Source: Deltaproteobacteria bacterium (GTDB taxonomy: Bacteria; Desulfobacterota; Dissulfuribacteria; Dissulfuribacterales; QOAL01). Taken from it: a DNA stretch of 64,000 nucleotides. Where the stretch lies: positions 2,810 through 66,809 of the forward strand of contig JALWNK010000023.1 of assembly GCA_026995935.1 (NCBI GenBank), given 5' to 3'. Under the pieces are notes generated by a model. That model made no database searches and was not told the origin of the DNA. It saw only the letters and a list, made by a program, of their open reading frames with translations. The position numbers were made by a program, and so were the translations under genes. How positions within the stretch are numbered: position 1 is the stretch's first letter; the number at the start of each line of letters is the position of its first letter. Below are positions 27,689-37,797 of this stretch, piece by piece.

Positions 27689-29551
27689 ATGGAACAGGTG
27701 GTTCTTACCCCAGACATGATAAAGGTCTTTGCCCTCTTGTTTTCGGCCATCGTTATTTTTGTCTTTGACTGGCTGAGGGTAGATATTGTGGGCATCCTAA
27801 TAATGATTCTTTTGCCACTGAGCGGGGTCCTGAGTGCTGAGGAGGCCACTGCCGGACTAAGCTCAAATGCCGTTGTGTCCATAATCGCAGTAATGATAAT
27901 CGGGGCTGGCCTTAACCGGACCGGAGTGATGGATGTGCTGGCAAGAAGGATAATAAGGATAGCGGGAAAGAGCGAGACCAGGATCATGGTGGTGATTTCC
28001 GCAACAGTCTCCTTCATCTCAAGCTTCATGCAGAACATTGGGGCCGCTGCTCTCTTCCTGCCTGCGGTCACAAAGATAAGCCGAACCCTCAGGATTCCGG
28101 TATCAAGGGTGCTCATGCCCATGGGCTTTTGCGCAATTATCGGGGGCTGCCTAACCCTTGTGGGTTCAAGTCCACTTATTATGCTAAACGATCTTATGGG
28201 CAGCTGGTGGGCAAACAACGCCTCTGCCTTAAGAGGTGCCGCCTTTGAGCCCCTTGGGCTTTTTAGTGTAACCCCCATTGGCCTAGCCCTTCTTGCCTCC
28301 GCTCTTTTGTATTTTGCCTTCCTGGGGCGCTTTATCCTTCCATCAGTGGAAAAGGAGGCGTCTCTTAAGGCAGAAGTCCATGGCAAGAAAAAGGTGATCG
28401 GGCTCTACGACCAGGTGCTGGACTATGCCCTCTTAAGGGTTCCTGAGGATTTTGAACCAAAGACCCTATCAGAACTTGGCATGGGCCCTCGTTTTCACGT
28501 AACGGTTGTTGGGATTTTTAAGGCCTCAAAGAAAAAGGGCAAACGGGAGATGGATGTATCTCCAAACAGGGCTTCAGTGGTTGGCCCTGGAGACCTGGTT
28601 GCGGTTATTTCGTCAAAGGAGAACATAGAGCGCCTTTCAAAGCATATGAACTGGAAGGTGGAGGAGTTTCACCAGGAGTTTTCTAAGGGCTCCCTTGGCC
28701 CTGAATACGGTCTTGTCCAGGGCATTGTCCCTCCTGGTTCGTCTCTCGTGGATCATACCATGGAAGAGCTTGATTTCAGGGATCGCTACAGAGTGAACGT
28801 CCTGGCGGTTTACAGGGGCGAGCAGGTCATTTGCCAGCATTTAAATGAAATTCGTCTTAAGACAGGAGATGCACTACTGTTACTTGGTCCTTGGAAAAAG
28901 CTTAGAAAGATAAGAAAAAATTTGGACCTGGTGTTTACCGAGGAGCTTAAGGGCGAGGAGGAAAAGGCGCAAGACAAGGCAGTAGCCGCTCTTTTTTGCC
29001 TGGCTCTGGCCTTGATCCTTGCCATGGTCTTTCACGTAAAGCTTGCCATTGCCCTTTTTACCGGTGCCATCGGCATGGTCCTCCTAAGGGTAATTTCCAT
29101 TGATGACGCCTACCGCTCCGTTGACTGGATGACCATATTCCTTCTTGGAGGCCTGATTCCCCTTGGAACCGCCTTTGAAAAGACAGGGGCGGCAAGCTTC
29201 ATCGCATTGAAGATAGTGGGGCTTGTGGGTGAGTTTTCCACCCTGACCCTGCTTCTTACCGTGGGAGTTCTCACCTCCTTCTTCTCTCTCGTTGCATCAA
29301 ACGTGGGGGCCACCGTCTTGATGGTTCCCCTTTCCATGAATCTTGCCCTGCAGGCCGGGCTAAACCCTGTGCTTGCAGGCCTGACCGTTGGGATTGCCGC
29401 ATCAAACACCTTTATACTGCCAACCCATCAGGTAAACGCCCTTATAATGCGCCCTGGAGGCTACAAGACAAGGGATTACGTAAGGGCAGGCACAGGCATG
29501 ACCATACTCTACCTTGTGATAATGGTGGCGGTAATCACCATGCTTTATTAG
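27689..29551 (+). CDS. SLC13/DASS-type permease with two central TrkA-C (RCK_C) domains
   Basis: 620 aa. Hydrophobic halves (aa 1-215 and 420-620) flank two soluble repeats (LLRVPEDFEPKTLSELG...; LVQGIVPPGSSLVDHTMEELDFRDRYRVNVLAV), the usual architecture of this family. Confidence 0.85.
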   Translation: MEQVVLTPDMIKVFALLFSAIVIFVFDWLRVDIVGILIMILLPLSGVLSAEEATAGLSSNAVVSIIAVMIIGAGLNRTGVMDVLARRIIRIAGKSETRIMVVISATVSFISSFMQNIGAAALFLPAVTKISRTLRIPVSRVLMPMGFCAIIGGCLTLVGSSPLIMLNDLMGSWWANNASALRGAAFEPLGLFSVTPIGLALLASALLYFAFLGRFILPSVEKEASLKAEVHGKKKVIGLYDQVLDYALLRVPEDFEPKTLSELGMGPRFHVTVVGIFKASKKKGKREMDVSPNRASVVGPGDLVAVISSKENIERLSKHMNWKVEEFHQEFSKGSLGPEYGLVQGIVPPGSSLVDHTMEELDFRDRYRVNVLAVYRGEQVICQHLNEIRLKTGDALLLLGPWKKLRKIRKNLDLVFTEELKGEEEKAQDKAVAALFCLALALILAMVFHVKLAIALFTGAIGMVLLRVISIDDAYRSVDWMTIFLLGGLIPLGTAFEKTGAASFIALKIVGLVGEFSTLTLLLTVGVLTSFFSLVASNVGATVLMVPLSMNLALQAGLNPVLAGLTVGIAASNTFILPTHQVNALIMRPGGYKTRDYVRAGTGMTILYLVIMVAVITMLY

Positions 29552-29783
29552 ACGGCTCAACCGAGTAAGCAGGGGTTTCTGCCTTTTTCAGTTTTTTTTA
29601 AACTTTTTTCATGTCCTTATTTTCTTTAAGCTTAAAAGGTTTGTTTATTAATAGATTATATGCTATAAATTAAATGAAATTTAGTTTTGTGTAAAAATTT
29701 CCAGACTCACTTTTTCGCAAGAGCCGTGCAAGCAAAAGGCACTAAGCCAATGCCTTCCTTATAGGCATATTGTTGGAGGCAAC

Positions 29784-31442
29784 ATGAAGGAATTTTCTGT
29801 ACTCATAGGCGGAAAGGCAGGGGACGGCATTAAGCAGGCAGGAATAATGGCCGCCAAGATATTTGGTGAGCTTGGCTATCGTGTCTTTTTGTACGACGAT
29901 TACCCATCCCTTATAAGGGGAGGACACAACTTTTGTATCATAAGGGCCTCAAAGGAGGAGGTTCTGTCTCATAACAATCAGGTTGATTTAATTCTTGCCC
30001 TTAACAGGGAAACCATTGAAAGACACCAACATAGGCTGAAAAAGGGCGGGGAGATAATCTACAGTTCCAGGATAGAAGGCGTTTCGAGGGGTGTTGGCAT
30101 TGGCTTTGAGGAAATAGTCAAGGAGCTTGGCGGCATACCCATCATGAAAAACAGTGCTGCAATCGGCGCTCTTTCTGCCCTCCTTGGTATTGAAAGGCAG
30201 GTTTTGGATGGGGTTTTCGAAAAAAATATCAATAAACAACTGGACTTGAACAAGGAAATTGCTGGGCGGGCCTATGCAGAGATAAAGGAGGTTCTTTTTA
30301 AAGTGGAGAGGCTTGATAGCGAGCCTCTTCCTCTTTTTACTGGAAACGAGGCCATAGCCCTTGGGGCAGTGAATGCCGGGCTTGATCTTTATATTGCCTA
30401 CCCCATGACGCCTGCAACTTCCATATTGCACTTTCTGGCAGAACAACAAGACAGGCTTGGTGTTGTAACAGTTCATCCTGAAAACGAAATCTCTGTTGCC
30501 ACAATGGCGCTTGGGGCGGCCTATGCAGGTGCAAGGACCATGGTAGGCACCTCTGGCGGAGGCTTTGCCCTCATGACAGAGACTGTCAGCTTTGCAGGCC
30601 AGGCAGAGATACCCATACTTTTTGTGGAATGTCAGAGGGCAGGGCCTGGAACGGGCGTTCCAACGTATACCATGCAGGCAGATCTTCTCTTTGTTCTCAA
30701 TTCCGGCCACGGGGATTTCCCACGACTGGTAGTGGCACCTGGAGATGCTGAAGAGGCCTTTTACCTTTCGGGCCTTGCCCTTGACGCTGCTTGGCATTTT
30801 CAGATACCTGCCTTTCTGCTTTCAGACAAGCATCTAAGTGAAAGCATTTTCTCATTTACCTATCCTGAAGGTGAAAGGGAGAAACCGCCAATGGTGGCGT
30901 GGAAAGGAGGCGAGGGCCAGTACAAGAGATATGCCTTCACTGAATCAGGCATATCTCCCCTTGCCTTTCCGGGGCAGAAGGGATGTATCGTAAAGGCAAC
31001 ATCCTATGAGCATGACGAGTACGGAATTACCACTGAAGAGCCAGAGAAGATAATGAAGATGCAGGACAAGAGGCTTAAGAAAAAAGAAGGGCTCGTCCAT
31101 TTCCTTGAAAAAACAGAGCAGGTCAAAGTCTATGGGGACAGGGACAGCAAAACCTGTCTCGTCTGCTGGGGTTCTACCAAGGGGGCATGTGTGGAAGCCG
31201 CACTTGAACTGGGCCTGAAGGTGGTACAGCCCCTGGTAGTTGAGCCGTTTCCAGAAAGGCAGTTCAGGCAGGCCCTTGGTTCTTCAAACAGGCTTATTGG
31301 CGTTGAGGTGAACGCAACAGGTCAGCTAAGCAGGCTTCTTTCTTCATATGGAATTCATATGGATTCCACCATCCTCAGATACGATTCCCTTCCCTTTACG
31401 CCAGACGATCTTAAAGGAAGGCTCAAGGAGGCTACATCATGA
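29784..31442 (+). CDS. 2-oxoacid:ferredoxin oxidoreductase, fused gamma-alpha subunit
   Basis: 552 aa. N-terminal gamma-like domain (IGGKAGDGIKQAG...GGHNFCIIR), then an alpha domain (GNEAIALGAVNAGLDLYIAYPMTPATSI). 4-nt overlap with the beta subunit gene. Confidence 0.88.
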   Translation: MKEFSVLIGGKAGDGIKQAGIMAAKIFGELGYRVFLYDDYPSLIRGGHNFCIIRASKEEVLSHNNQVDLILALNRETIERHQHRLKKGGEIIYSSRIEGVSRGVGIGFEEIVKELGGIPIMKNSAAIGALSALLGIERQVLDGVFEKNINKQLDLNKEIAGRAYAEIKEVLFKVERLDSEPLPLFTGNEAIALGAVNAGLDLYIAYPMTPATSILHFLAEQQDRLGVVTVHPENEISVATMALGAAYAGARTMVGTSGGGFALMTETVSFAGQAEIPILFVECQRAGPGTGVPTYTMQADLLFVLNSGHGDFPRLVVAPGDAEEAFYLSGLALDAAWHFQIPAFLLSDKHLSESIFSFTYPEGEREKPPMVAWKGGEGQYKRYAFTESGISPLAFPGQKGCIVKATSYEHDEYGITTEEPEKIMKMQDKRLKKKEGLVHFLEKTEQVKVYGDRDSKTCLVCWGSTKGACVEAALELGLKVVQPLVVEPFPERQFRQALGSSNRLIGVEVNATGQLSRLLSSYGIHMDSTILRYDSLPFTPDDLKGRLKEATS

Positions 31443-32302
31443 GATCAATCAAGGAACTTGGCACCTATGCAGAAAATACCTGGTGTCCGGGCTGCGGAAA
31501 CTTTGGAATTTTAACTGCTGTCAAGAAGGCCCTGGTTGAGGCCTTTGAAGGAGGAATGAAGGCAGAAGACGTTGTTATGGTTTCAGGAATTGGCTGCCAT
31601 GCAAAGATAGTGGATTATGTAAACGTTAACAGTTTCTATTCTTTGCATGGACGTGTCCTTCCTCCTGCCACGGGCATAAGCCTTTCAAACCCTGAACTCA
31701 CAGTGATTTGTCATGCAGGGGACGGAGATGCCTACGGTGAGGGTATTGCACACCTTATTTTTACGGCAAAAAGAAATGTGGATATCACCCTAATCGTACA
31801 TGATAACCGGGTGTACGGCCTTACAACCGGGCAGTTCACCCCAACAAGCCCCGAGGGCTTTAAGGGAAGATCTACCCCTAAAGGCAGTCCGGAAAGGCCC
31901 ATAAATCCCCTTGAGCTTGTTCTTTCCGCAGGGGCAACCTTTGTGGCAAGGGGATATTCAGGAAAGATTGGCCACCTTAAAAATCTTATATTAGAGGGCG
32001 TCTCCCACAGGGGCTTTTCCTTCATCGAGGTGCTGCAGCCTTGTTACACGTTCTTTAACACCTATTCCTTTTACAATGAAAGGGTATATGAGCTAGAAGA
32101 AGGGGAGGGGGGCACAAGCGATAGAAATCTTGCGGTAAGTCTTGCAAGGAAGTGGTCTTACGATTCTGTGGATGCATCCATTCCCATCGGGATTTTTTAC
32201 AAAGAACAAAGGCCAACCTTTCAGGAGCGGATACTTGGGGACAGGCCCCTGCTAAAAAGAAAAGGCCAGGATGTTTTCGGGTTTATCAAGGAGGCTGTCT
32301 AG
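31439..32302 (+). CDS. 2-oxoacid:ferredoxin oxidoreductase, beta (TPP-binding) subunit
   Basis: 287 aa. WCPGCGNFGIL Cys motif and GDGDAYGEG...HDNRVYGLTTGQ TPP-binding motif. Confidence 0.9.
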   Translation: MRSIKELGTYAENTWCPGCGNFGILTAVKKALVEAFEGGMKAEDVVMVSGIGCHAKIVDYVNVNSFYSLHGRVLPPATGISLSNPELTVICHAGDGDAYGEGIAHLIFTAKRNVDITLIVHDNRVYGLTTGQFTPTSPEGFKGRSTPKGSPERPINPLELVLSAGATFVARGYSGKIGHLKNLILEGVSHRGFSFIEVLQPCYTFFNTYSFYNERVYELEEGEGGTSDRNLAVSLARKWSYDSVDASIPIGIFYKEQRPTFQERILGDRPLLKRKGQDVFGFIKEAV

Positions 32303-32323
32303 GCCCGGAGCCTAGTGTTTTTT
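32299..32323 (+). terminator. rho-independent terminator CTAGGC-CCGGA-GCCTAG + TGTTTTTT
   Basis: 6-bp stem overlapping the stop codon, 5-nt loop and a T-rich tail. Confidence 0.6.
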
Positions 32324-32432
32324 AGCCAAGGCTTTTATTTCTTTCTCTGCCTATCAAAATGATAATGACAAGATAACTGTTGTTTATCACATGCGTATTC
32401 TCTCCATGCTTTAAGGCCTGCCGCTTGTCGGT

Positions 32433-32448
32433 TGGATTCCGGCATGCA
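32433..32448 (+). promoter_or_regulatory. weak candidate sigma-54 promoter TGGATT-CCGGC-ATGCA
   Basis: GG-N10-GC spacing is correct and the -12 TGCA is present, but the -24 is only TGG. 70 nt upstream of the APC permease ATG. Confidence 0.3.
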
Positions 32449-32518
32449 TCTTGCCATTGCCCAGGTCCGTCTTATCCTATATTGAAGCTACTTATAATAA
32501 AAAATTTCCGGAGGAAAG

Positions 32519-34144
32519 ATGACTGGCAAAAAGATAGGCTACCTTGAGGCGGTTTCCATTGGTATAGGGGGAATGATAGGCGGAGGAATATTCGCTGTCC
32601 TTGGGCTTACCGTCATGCTTGCAAAGGGGGCTGCCCCCATTGCATTTCTCGTGGCAGGGCTTATAGCCCTTGTAACGGCCTATTCATACGCAAAGCTTTC
32701 TGTCCGTTTTCCAAGCGAGGGTGGGACCATTGAATTCATTGTGAGGGCTTTTGGCCCTGGGGTTATTCCTGCCTGGCTGAATACTCTTCTTCTGGCAAGC
32801 TACATAATAATGCTCTCCCTTTACTCCTATGCCTTTGGAAGCTACGGAGCGGTTCTCTTAATGGGGGTTGAGAATCTCTTTGTCAAAAAGTTCCTTACTG
32901 CCGGCGTGATAATTCTTTTTACCCTGCTGAATCTCATGGGGGCCTACATAGTGGGAAAGGCAGAAGACTACATGGTGGCCTTCAAGGTCCTGATCCTGCT
33001 GTTTTTTTCAGCCATAGGCTTCATGACCATTGACTTATCAAGGGTTTCTCCAAACCATTATCCACATTTTCTGCACGTCTTTGCTGGAGGGCTCATAATC
33101 TTTCTTGCCTACGAGGGTTTTGAGCTGATAGCAAACACGGCAGGAGATGTAAAGGATCCCGATTCCACCCTGCCCAAGGCCTTTTTTAGCGCGGTTATTT
33201 TCGTCATATTTATTTACATGCTTGTGGCTCTGGTGGCGGTTGGGAACCTTGATTACAAAGAGGTTGTTCGCGCCCAGGACTACGTCCTTGCAGAGGCTGC
33301 AAAGCCGTTTCTGGGTAAGGCGGGCTTTGTCCTCATTGGAATTGCCGCACTTGTTTCCACGGCTTCTGCCATAAATGCCACCCTTTACGGCACTGCAAGG
33401 ATAAGCTACATGGTTGCCAAATTTGGGCAGCTTCCAAAGATATTTGCAAAGAGGATCTGGAAGGGGGCCTACGAGGGCCTGATTATACTTGGTGTTTTAA
33501 CCATCTTTGCTGCCCTTACCTTTAACCTTGAAAACATCTCTGTTGCAGGAAGCCTTGGTTTTCTTCTGGTTTTTGGCGCTGTAAATTTTGCAAACGTCAA
33601 ACTTGCAGAGCATACACGTTCAAGTCGCTTGGTTTCGGCAGTGGGTGGTGTGGCCTGCCTGGTATCCGTGGTGGTGCTTATTGGCCACAACCTTGAAACC
33701 GCACCGGACTCTTTAAAGTCCTCGCTGATTGTAATTGTGGCAACCCTGGTCTTCGAGGTAATCTATCGCCTAGTTACCAAAAAGAGACTTTCCGAGTTCA
33801 TAGACTGGAAGCTGAAAGAAAAGGAGGAATTCCTGGATAACTTTGAAAGATACCTTGAGCCAATACTTCGGGCCATAGAGGCCCGCTTCAAGGGAGCCGA
33901 GGTGTATCTGCTTGACGAGCTTGCAAGGGGTGAACGAAAGTCTGCAAACAAGCTTCACATTGGAATACAAACCAGGGAAAGTATTAGCCCTGAGGAACAG
34001 GAAAAGGGAGAATTCCACATAAGGGAAAGCGCAGGCCTTAAACCTCACCATCCGCTTAAATTATCATTTGTAACCCAAGAAGAAAACGTTAAATTAAGGC
34101 CTCATAGCCCCAAGAAGATTTCAGGGAAAGATATATCCGGTTGA
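32519..34144 (+). CDS. APC-superfamily amino-acid permease with charged cytoplasmic C-terminal extension
   Basis: 541 aa. GYLEAVSIGIGGMIGGGIF N-terminal motif and about 12 TM helices. The last ~110 aa are hydrophilic (KEKEEFLDNFERYLEPI...). Confidence 0.85.
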   Translation: MTGKKIGYLEAVSIGIGGMIGGGIFAVLGLTVMLAKGAAPIAFLVAGLIALVTAYSYAKLSVRFPSEGGTIEFIVRAFGPGVIPAWLNTLLLASYIIMLSLYSYAFGSYGAVLLMGVENLFVKKFLTAGVIILFTLLNLMGAYIVGKAEDYMVAFKVLILLFFSAIGFMTIDLSRVSPNHYPHFLHVFAGGLIIFLAYEGFELIANTAGDVKDPDSTLPKAFFSAVIFVIFIYMLVALVAVGNLDYKEVVRAQDYVLAEAAKPFLGKAGFVLIGIAALVSTASAINATLYGTARISYMVAKFGQLPKIFAKRIWKGAYEGLIILGVLTIFAALTFNLENISVAGSLGFLLVFGAVNFANVKLAEHTRSSRLVSAVGGVACLVSVVVLIGHNLETAPDSLKSSLIVIVATLVFEVIYRLVTKKRLSEFIDWKLKEKEEFLDNFERYLEPILRAIEARFKGAEVYLLDELARGERKSANKLHIGIQTRESISPEEQEKGEFHIRESAGLKPHHPLKLSFVTQEENVKLRPHSPKKISGKDISG

Positions 34145-34172
34145 ACTTATTTCCCATTCAGGAACAGTAATA

Positions 34173-35318
34173 GTGAAGAACAAGACGCGTTACAAATTAT
34201 TTGCAGTATGCCAGCCAGGCCTTGAAGACATTTTGGGGCTTGAACTAAAGCGGCTGGGAATAGAAGGCCTAAAGACAACAGGGGGCGTGGAATTTTCAGG
34301 TGATATCCTCACCATCTATTCCATGAATCTTTGGCTCAGGACCGCAACCAGGGTCCTTGCAAGGATAGGAAAATTCCCGCTTTCCTCCCTCTCCGATGTG
34401 AAAAAGAGGTTTTCCCGCTATCCTTGGGAGATTTACATTGGAAGGTCAAAAGGCGTAAGAATAAGGGCGAGCTGCCACAAGTCCAGGATATATCACAGTG
34501 GCGCCCTGGCAGAACGGGTGTGCGAGGCCATCTCTATGAGGCTTGGAACAAGGCTAAGCCGTGAAAAGGAGAAGGCCGGGAAAAGGTCCCCGCTGATCTT
34601 TGTGCGCCTTGTAAAGGACCAGTGTGTGGTTAGTGTTGATACCTCTGGAGAGCGCCTCCACAGGCGGGGATTCAAGAAATTTTCTGTAAAGGCGCCCCTT
34701 AGGGAAAACCTTGCTGCTGCCATGCTCATAGCCTCTGGTTATGACGGAAACCGCCCTCTTCTTGATCCCTTTTGCGGCTCTGGAACCATCCTTTTCGAGG
34801 CCGCAATGATTGCATGCAGGATTCCCCCAGGCCTTAAAAGGCACTTCGCCTTTATGAACTGGACAACCTTTGACCGCAGCCTGTGGAACGAGGTGGTCAG
34901 AAGGTCTGAGGCCTTTTTCAGGACACCCAGATTTCCAATAACTGGAATCGACAAGGACGAGGCTGCTGTGGCTTCAGCCCTGGCAAATGCAGAGGCCGGA
35001 GGGCTGAGCCAATTGGTCTTTATTTCGCAAGGGGATTTTTTCCACCTTGCGCCTGAAAAATCCCCTGTTCCGGGAATGGTTGTCACCAATCCGCCCTATG
35101 GCAAAAGGCTCAAGGAAAATAACAGTCTCCTTGAGTTTTATTCCGAAATGGGGCAGGTTTTAAGGGAAAGGTTTAGAGGCTGGGATATCACACTTATAAT
35201 TCCGAAAGATGCCCCAATGTTAAAAAAGAGTCTTGGCCTGGGGCTTAAGAGAATCACCACCTTTTCAAACGGTGGGCTGCCTGTGGAACTTCTTTCCACC
35301 GTGAGAAAACAGGGTTAA
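34173..35318 (+). CDS. THUMP-domain class I SAM-dependent RNA methyltransferase (RlmL/UPF0020-like)
   Basis: 381 aa with a GTG start. A THUMP-like N-terminus, DPFCGSGTILFEAA SAM motif and VVTNPPYGKRL (NPPY) catalytic motif. Confidence 0.85.
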   Translation: MKNKTRYKLFAVCQPGLEDILGLELKRLGIEGLKTTGGVEFSGDILTIYSMNLWLRTATRVLARIGKFPLSSLSDVKKRFSRYPWEIYIGRSKGVRIRASCHKSRIYHSGALAERVCEAISMRLGTRLSREKEKAGKRSPLIFVRLVKDQCVVSVDTSGERLHRRGFKKFSVKAPLRENLAAAMLIASGYDGNRPLLDPFCGSGTILFEAAMIACRIPPGLKRHFAFMNWTTFDRSLWNEVVRRSEAFFRTPRFPITGIDKDEAAVASALANAEAGGLSQLVFISQGDFFHLAPEKSPVPGMVVTNPPYGKRLKENNSLLEFYSEMGQVLRERFRGWDITLIIPKDAPMLKKSLGLGLKRITTFSNGGLPVELLSTVRKQG

Positions 35319-35330
35319 AATCTCTTTACT

Positions 35331-36386
35331 ATGCCGCTTTCAGACAGACTTGTACCGGAAATACTCCTTGAAAACTGGAGAGAGATAAAGGAGCCCTCTG
35401 TGATCCACGAGGCAGACCAGTGTCTCATGGCAAACCAGGCTTTTCTGGAGCTTTTCCGCGTAAGCAGGCCAGACGCCCTAAAAGAGATGTACATGGCCCA
35501 GTTCGTCTCCCCGTGGCCCTCCTACCATCTGCGTCTTGGAGTCAGGCAGGCCCTTGGAAGAAGCCTGGATGGCAAGGAGTTTGATGTTGAGGTTACCTCG
35601 CTTCCCTTTTATTCGTCAACTGACGGCATGTTATATCAAAGTGTTATAAGGGATATTTCCAGGATGAAGCTGTGGGAAGACAAGATGCTTCAGTCAGAGC
35701 GCCTTACGGCCATGGGAAAGCTTGCAGGAGAGATCGCCCATGAAATAAACAACCCCTTGGGTGGCATCTTGCTTTATGCAAATCTGGTGAAGGAAGACCT
35801 CACCTCAGAACATCCTGCATCAGTAAACCTGGAGAAGATTGTAAAGCTTGCAACCAAGTGCCGCATCATAGCAAAAGGGCTCTTGAACTTTGGACGCTCT
35901 TCCTCCAGAAGTTATGCCCCAGTGGACTTGAATCACGTGATAACCGACATGTTTTCCCTCATTGAAGACCACAAGCTATTTTCAGGTGTAAAGACACGCT
36001 TTTATCTTGAGCCTGACCTGCCTCACCTCATGGCAGACAGGGGCCAGCTTGAGCAGGTCATAGTAAATCTCCTCATAAACGCTGCCGAGGCTGTTGATGG
36101 AAAGGGAAGGATAGAGGTGGTTACAAGAAGCAAGGGGCTTAGATCCTGCGTAGAGCTCCTTGTGGATGACTCAGGGGGAGGAATAGACCAGGAGCTTAGG
36201 CTAAAGATATTTGAGCCTTTTTTCAGTACAAAGCAGCACCGGGGGGGCACGGGCCTTGGCCTTTCCATAACCCACGGTATAGTCCAGAGACACGGGGGCA
36301 AGATCGTGGTGGAGGAAAGCCCCCTTGGTGGGGCAAGGTTCAGGATATCCCTGCCCCTTGAAAACACCTATTCAACTGGATCGTAA
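35331..36386 (+). CDS. cytoplasmic sensor histidine kinase (PAS-like N-terminus)
   Basis: 351 aa with no TM segment. H-box LAGEIAHEINNPL. HATPase (RGGTGLGLSITHGIVQRHGG). Confidence 0.85.
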   Translation: MPLSDRLVPEILLENWREIKEPSVIHEADQCLMANQAFLELFRVSRPDALKEMYMAQFVSPWPSYHLRLGVRQALGRSLDGKEFDVEVTSLPFYSSTDGMLYQSVIRDISRMKLWEDKMLQSERLTAMGKLAGEIAHEINNPLGGILLYANLVKEDLTSEHPASVNLEKIVKLATKCRIIAKGLLNFGRSSSRSYAPVDLNHVITDMFSLIEDHKLFSGVKTRFYLEPDLPHLMADRGQLEQVIVNLLINAAEAVDGKGRIEVVTRSKGLRSCVELLVDDSGGGIDQELRLKIFEPFFSTKQHRGGTGLGLSITHGIVQRHGGKIVVEESPLGGARFRISLPLENTYSTGS

Positions 36387-36408
36387 GACTGGATCGTAAA
36401 GAAAGGAA

Positions 36409-37797
36409 ATGAAGGAAAGCATTCTCATAATAGACGATGACACTGCCATAAGGGACGGATGTGCCCAGGTTTTGAAGAAGAGCGGCTACGACGTGATAGA
36501 AAGCCCAACCGGCAAGGACGGGCTTGAGAAGGTGGACAGGTACGAGTTCGACCTCATCCTTGTGGATCTTAAGCTTCCAGACATCCACGGCCTTGATCTC
36601 ATAAGGAGCACCAGGGAGAGGGATCTTTCCGTGCCCATCGTAGTAATTACAGGCTACGGCACCATTCAGAACGCCGTTGAGGCCATGCGTCTTGGGGCAA
36701 GTGATTTTCTTCCAAAACCCTTTGAACCAGATGAGCTTCGCCTGGTGGTGCAGAGAAATCTCAAGGCACACCGTCTTGCCATTGAAAACCTTTATCTTCG
36801 GGAGGAACTCAAAAAAAAGGAGGGAGAGAGGAGAATAGTTGGAAATAGTGCCCAAATGGAGGCGCTTTTTCACCAGGTAAAAACCATTGCATCCACGGAC
36901 AGCACCGTTCTCATCACCGGAGAAAGCGGCACTGGAAAGGGCCTGCTTGCGCGTTACATCCACGACCACAGTTCAAGGAGCGATTTTCCCTTTGTCTCCG
37001 TTGACTGCTCCACCCTGGTGCCAACCCTTTTTGAAAGCGAGCTCTTTGGACACGTTAAAGGCGCCTTTACCGGGGCGGAATCCAACAAGATAGGCAAGTT
37101 TGAGCTTGCAAGTGGAGGCACCCTTTTCCTTGACGAGATAGGAAACGTGAACCTTGAGCTCCAGGCCAAGCTTTTAAAGGCGGTTGAGGAAAAGGAGATA
37201 TCAAGGGTTGGAAGCCACAGGGTTACAAGGGTGGACGTGCGGATTATTGCCGCAACAAACAAGGATCTGAGAAAGGAGGTGGAGGAGGGAAGGTTTAGGG
37301 AAGACCTCTTCTTCAGGCTCAATGTCCTTGCACTTAGGACGCCGCCCTTGAGGGAAAGACATGGGGATATACCCGAGCTTGTAAGATATTTCCTTGAGGT
37401 CTTTGGAAAGAAGTACAACAGGCCAAACCTTGCGGTAACACCTGCCGTTCTTGCCCTGTTCGAAGAATACCGATGGCCTGGTAACGTCCGTGAGCTTGAG
37501 AACATAGTGGAAAGACTGGTCATCTTCTCACGCGGGCGCATAATAGACGTTGAGGACCTTGGACTTGCCGGTGTGAGAATCGGTGAGAGGATAGAGAAGG
37601 GTGGGACAGGGGCCCTGTCCAAAACCCAGGAAGGACAAGGGCTTGATAGGTCTGTCATGAATCTTGAGGAGCTTGAAAAGAGACATATTCTTTCCGTTCT
37701 TGAAAAGACAGGCGGCAACAGAAGCGAGGCAGCACGTCTTCTTGGAATAGACAGGAAGACACTTAGGCAGAAACTAAAAAAGTGGGGCGTTCAGTGA
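36409..37797 (+). CDS. sigma-54-dependent response regulator (NtrC family)
   Basis: 462 aa. REC domain (ILIIDDD...LVDLKLPDIHG). GESGTGKG Walker A. GHVKGAFTGA. C-terminal HTH (AARLLGIDRKTLRQKLKKWG). Confidence 0.92.
   Translation: MKESILIIDDDTAIRDGCAQVLKKSGYDVIESPTGKDGLEKVDRYEFDLILVDLKLPDIHGLDLIRSTRERDLSVPIVVITGYGTIQNAVEAMRLGASDFLPKPFEPDELRLVVQRNLKAHRLAIENLYLREELKKKEGERRIVGNSAQMEALFHQVKTIASTDSTVLITGESGTGKGLLARYIHDHSSRSDFPFVSVDCSTLVPTLFESELFGHVKGAFTGAESNKIGKFELASGGTLFLDEIGNVNLELQAKLLKAVEEKEISRVGSHRVTRVDVRIIAATNKDLRKEVEEGRFREDLFFRLNVLALRTPPLRERHGDIPELVRYFLEVFGKKYNRPNLAVTPAVLALFEEYRWPGNVRELENIVERLVIFSRGRIIDVEDLGLAGVRIGERIEKGGTGALSKTQEGQGLDRSVMNLEELEKRHILSVLEKTGGNRSEAARLLGIDRKTLRQKLKKWGVQ

Noticed and set aside
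27673-28386. Long antisense ORFs opposite well-supported genes: 27673-28386, 29988-30797, 36340-36969, 36954-37718, 48424-49119, 50609-51451, 53747-54592.
   Set aside because: Each lies entirely within a strongly supported gene on the other strand (SLC13 permease, OFOR alpha, kinase/NtrC regulator, SelB, MetG, PBP1A). Their translations are low-complexity S/R/P/L-rich with no motifs. These are typical shadow ORFs.
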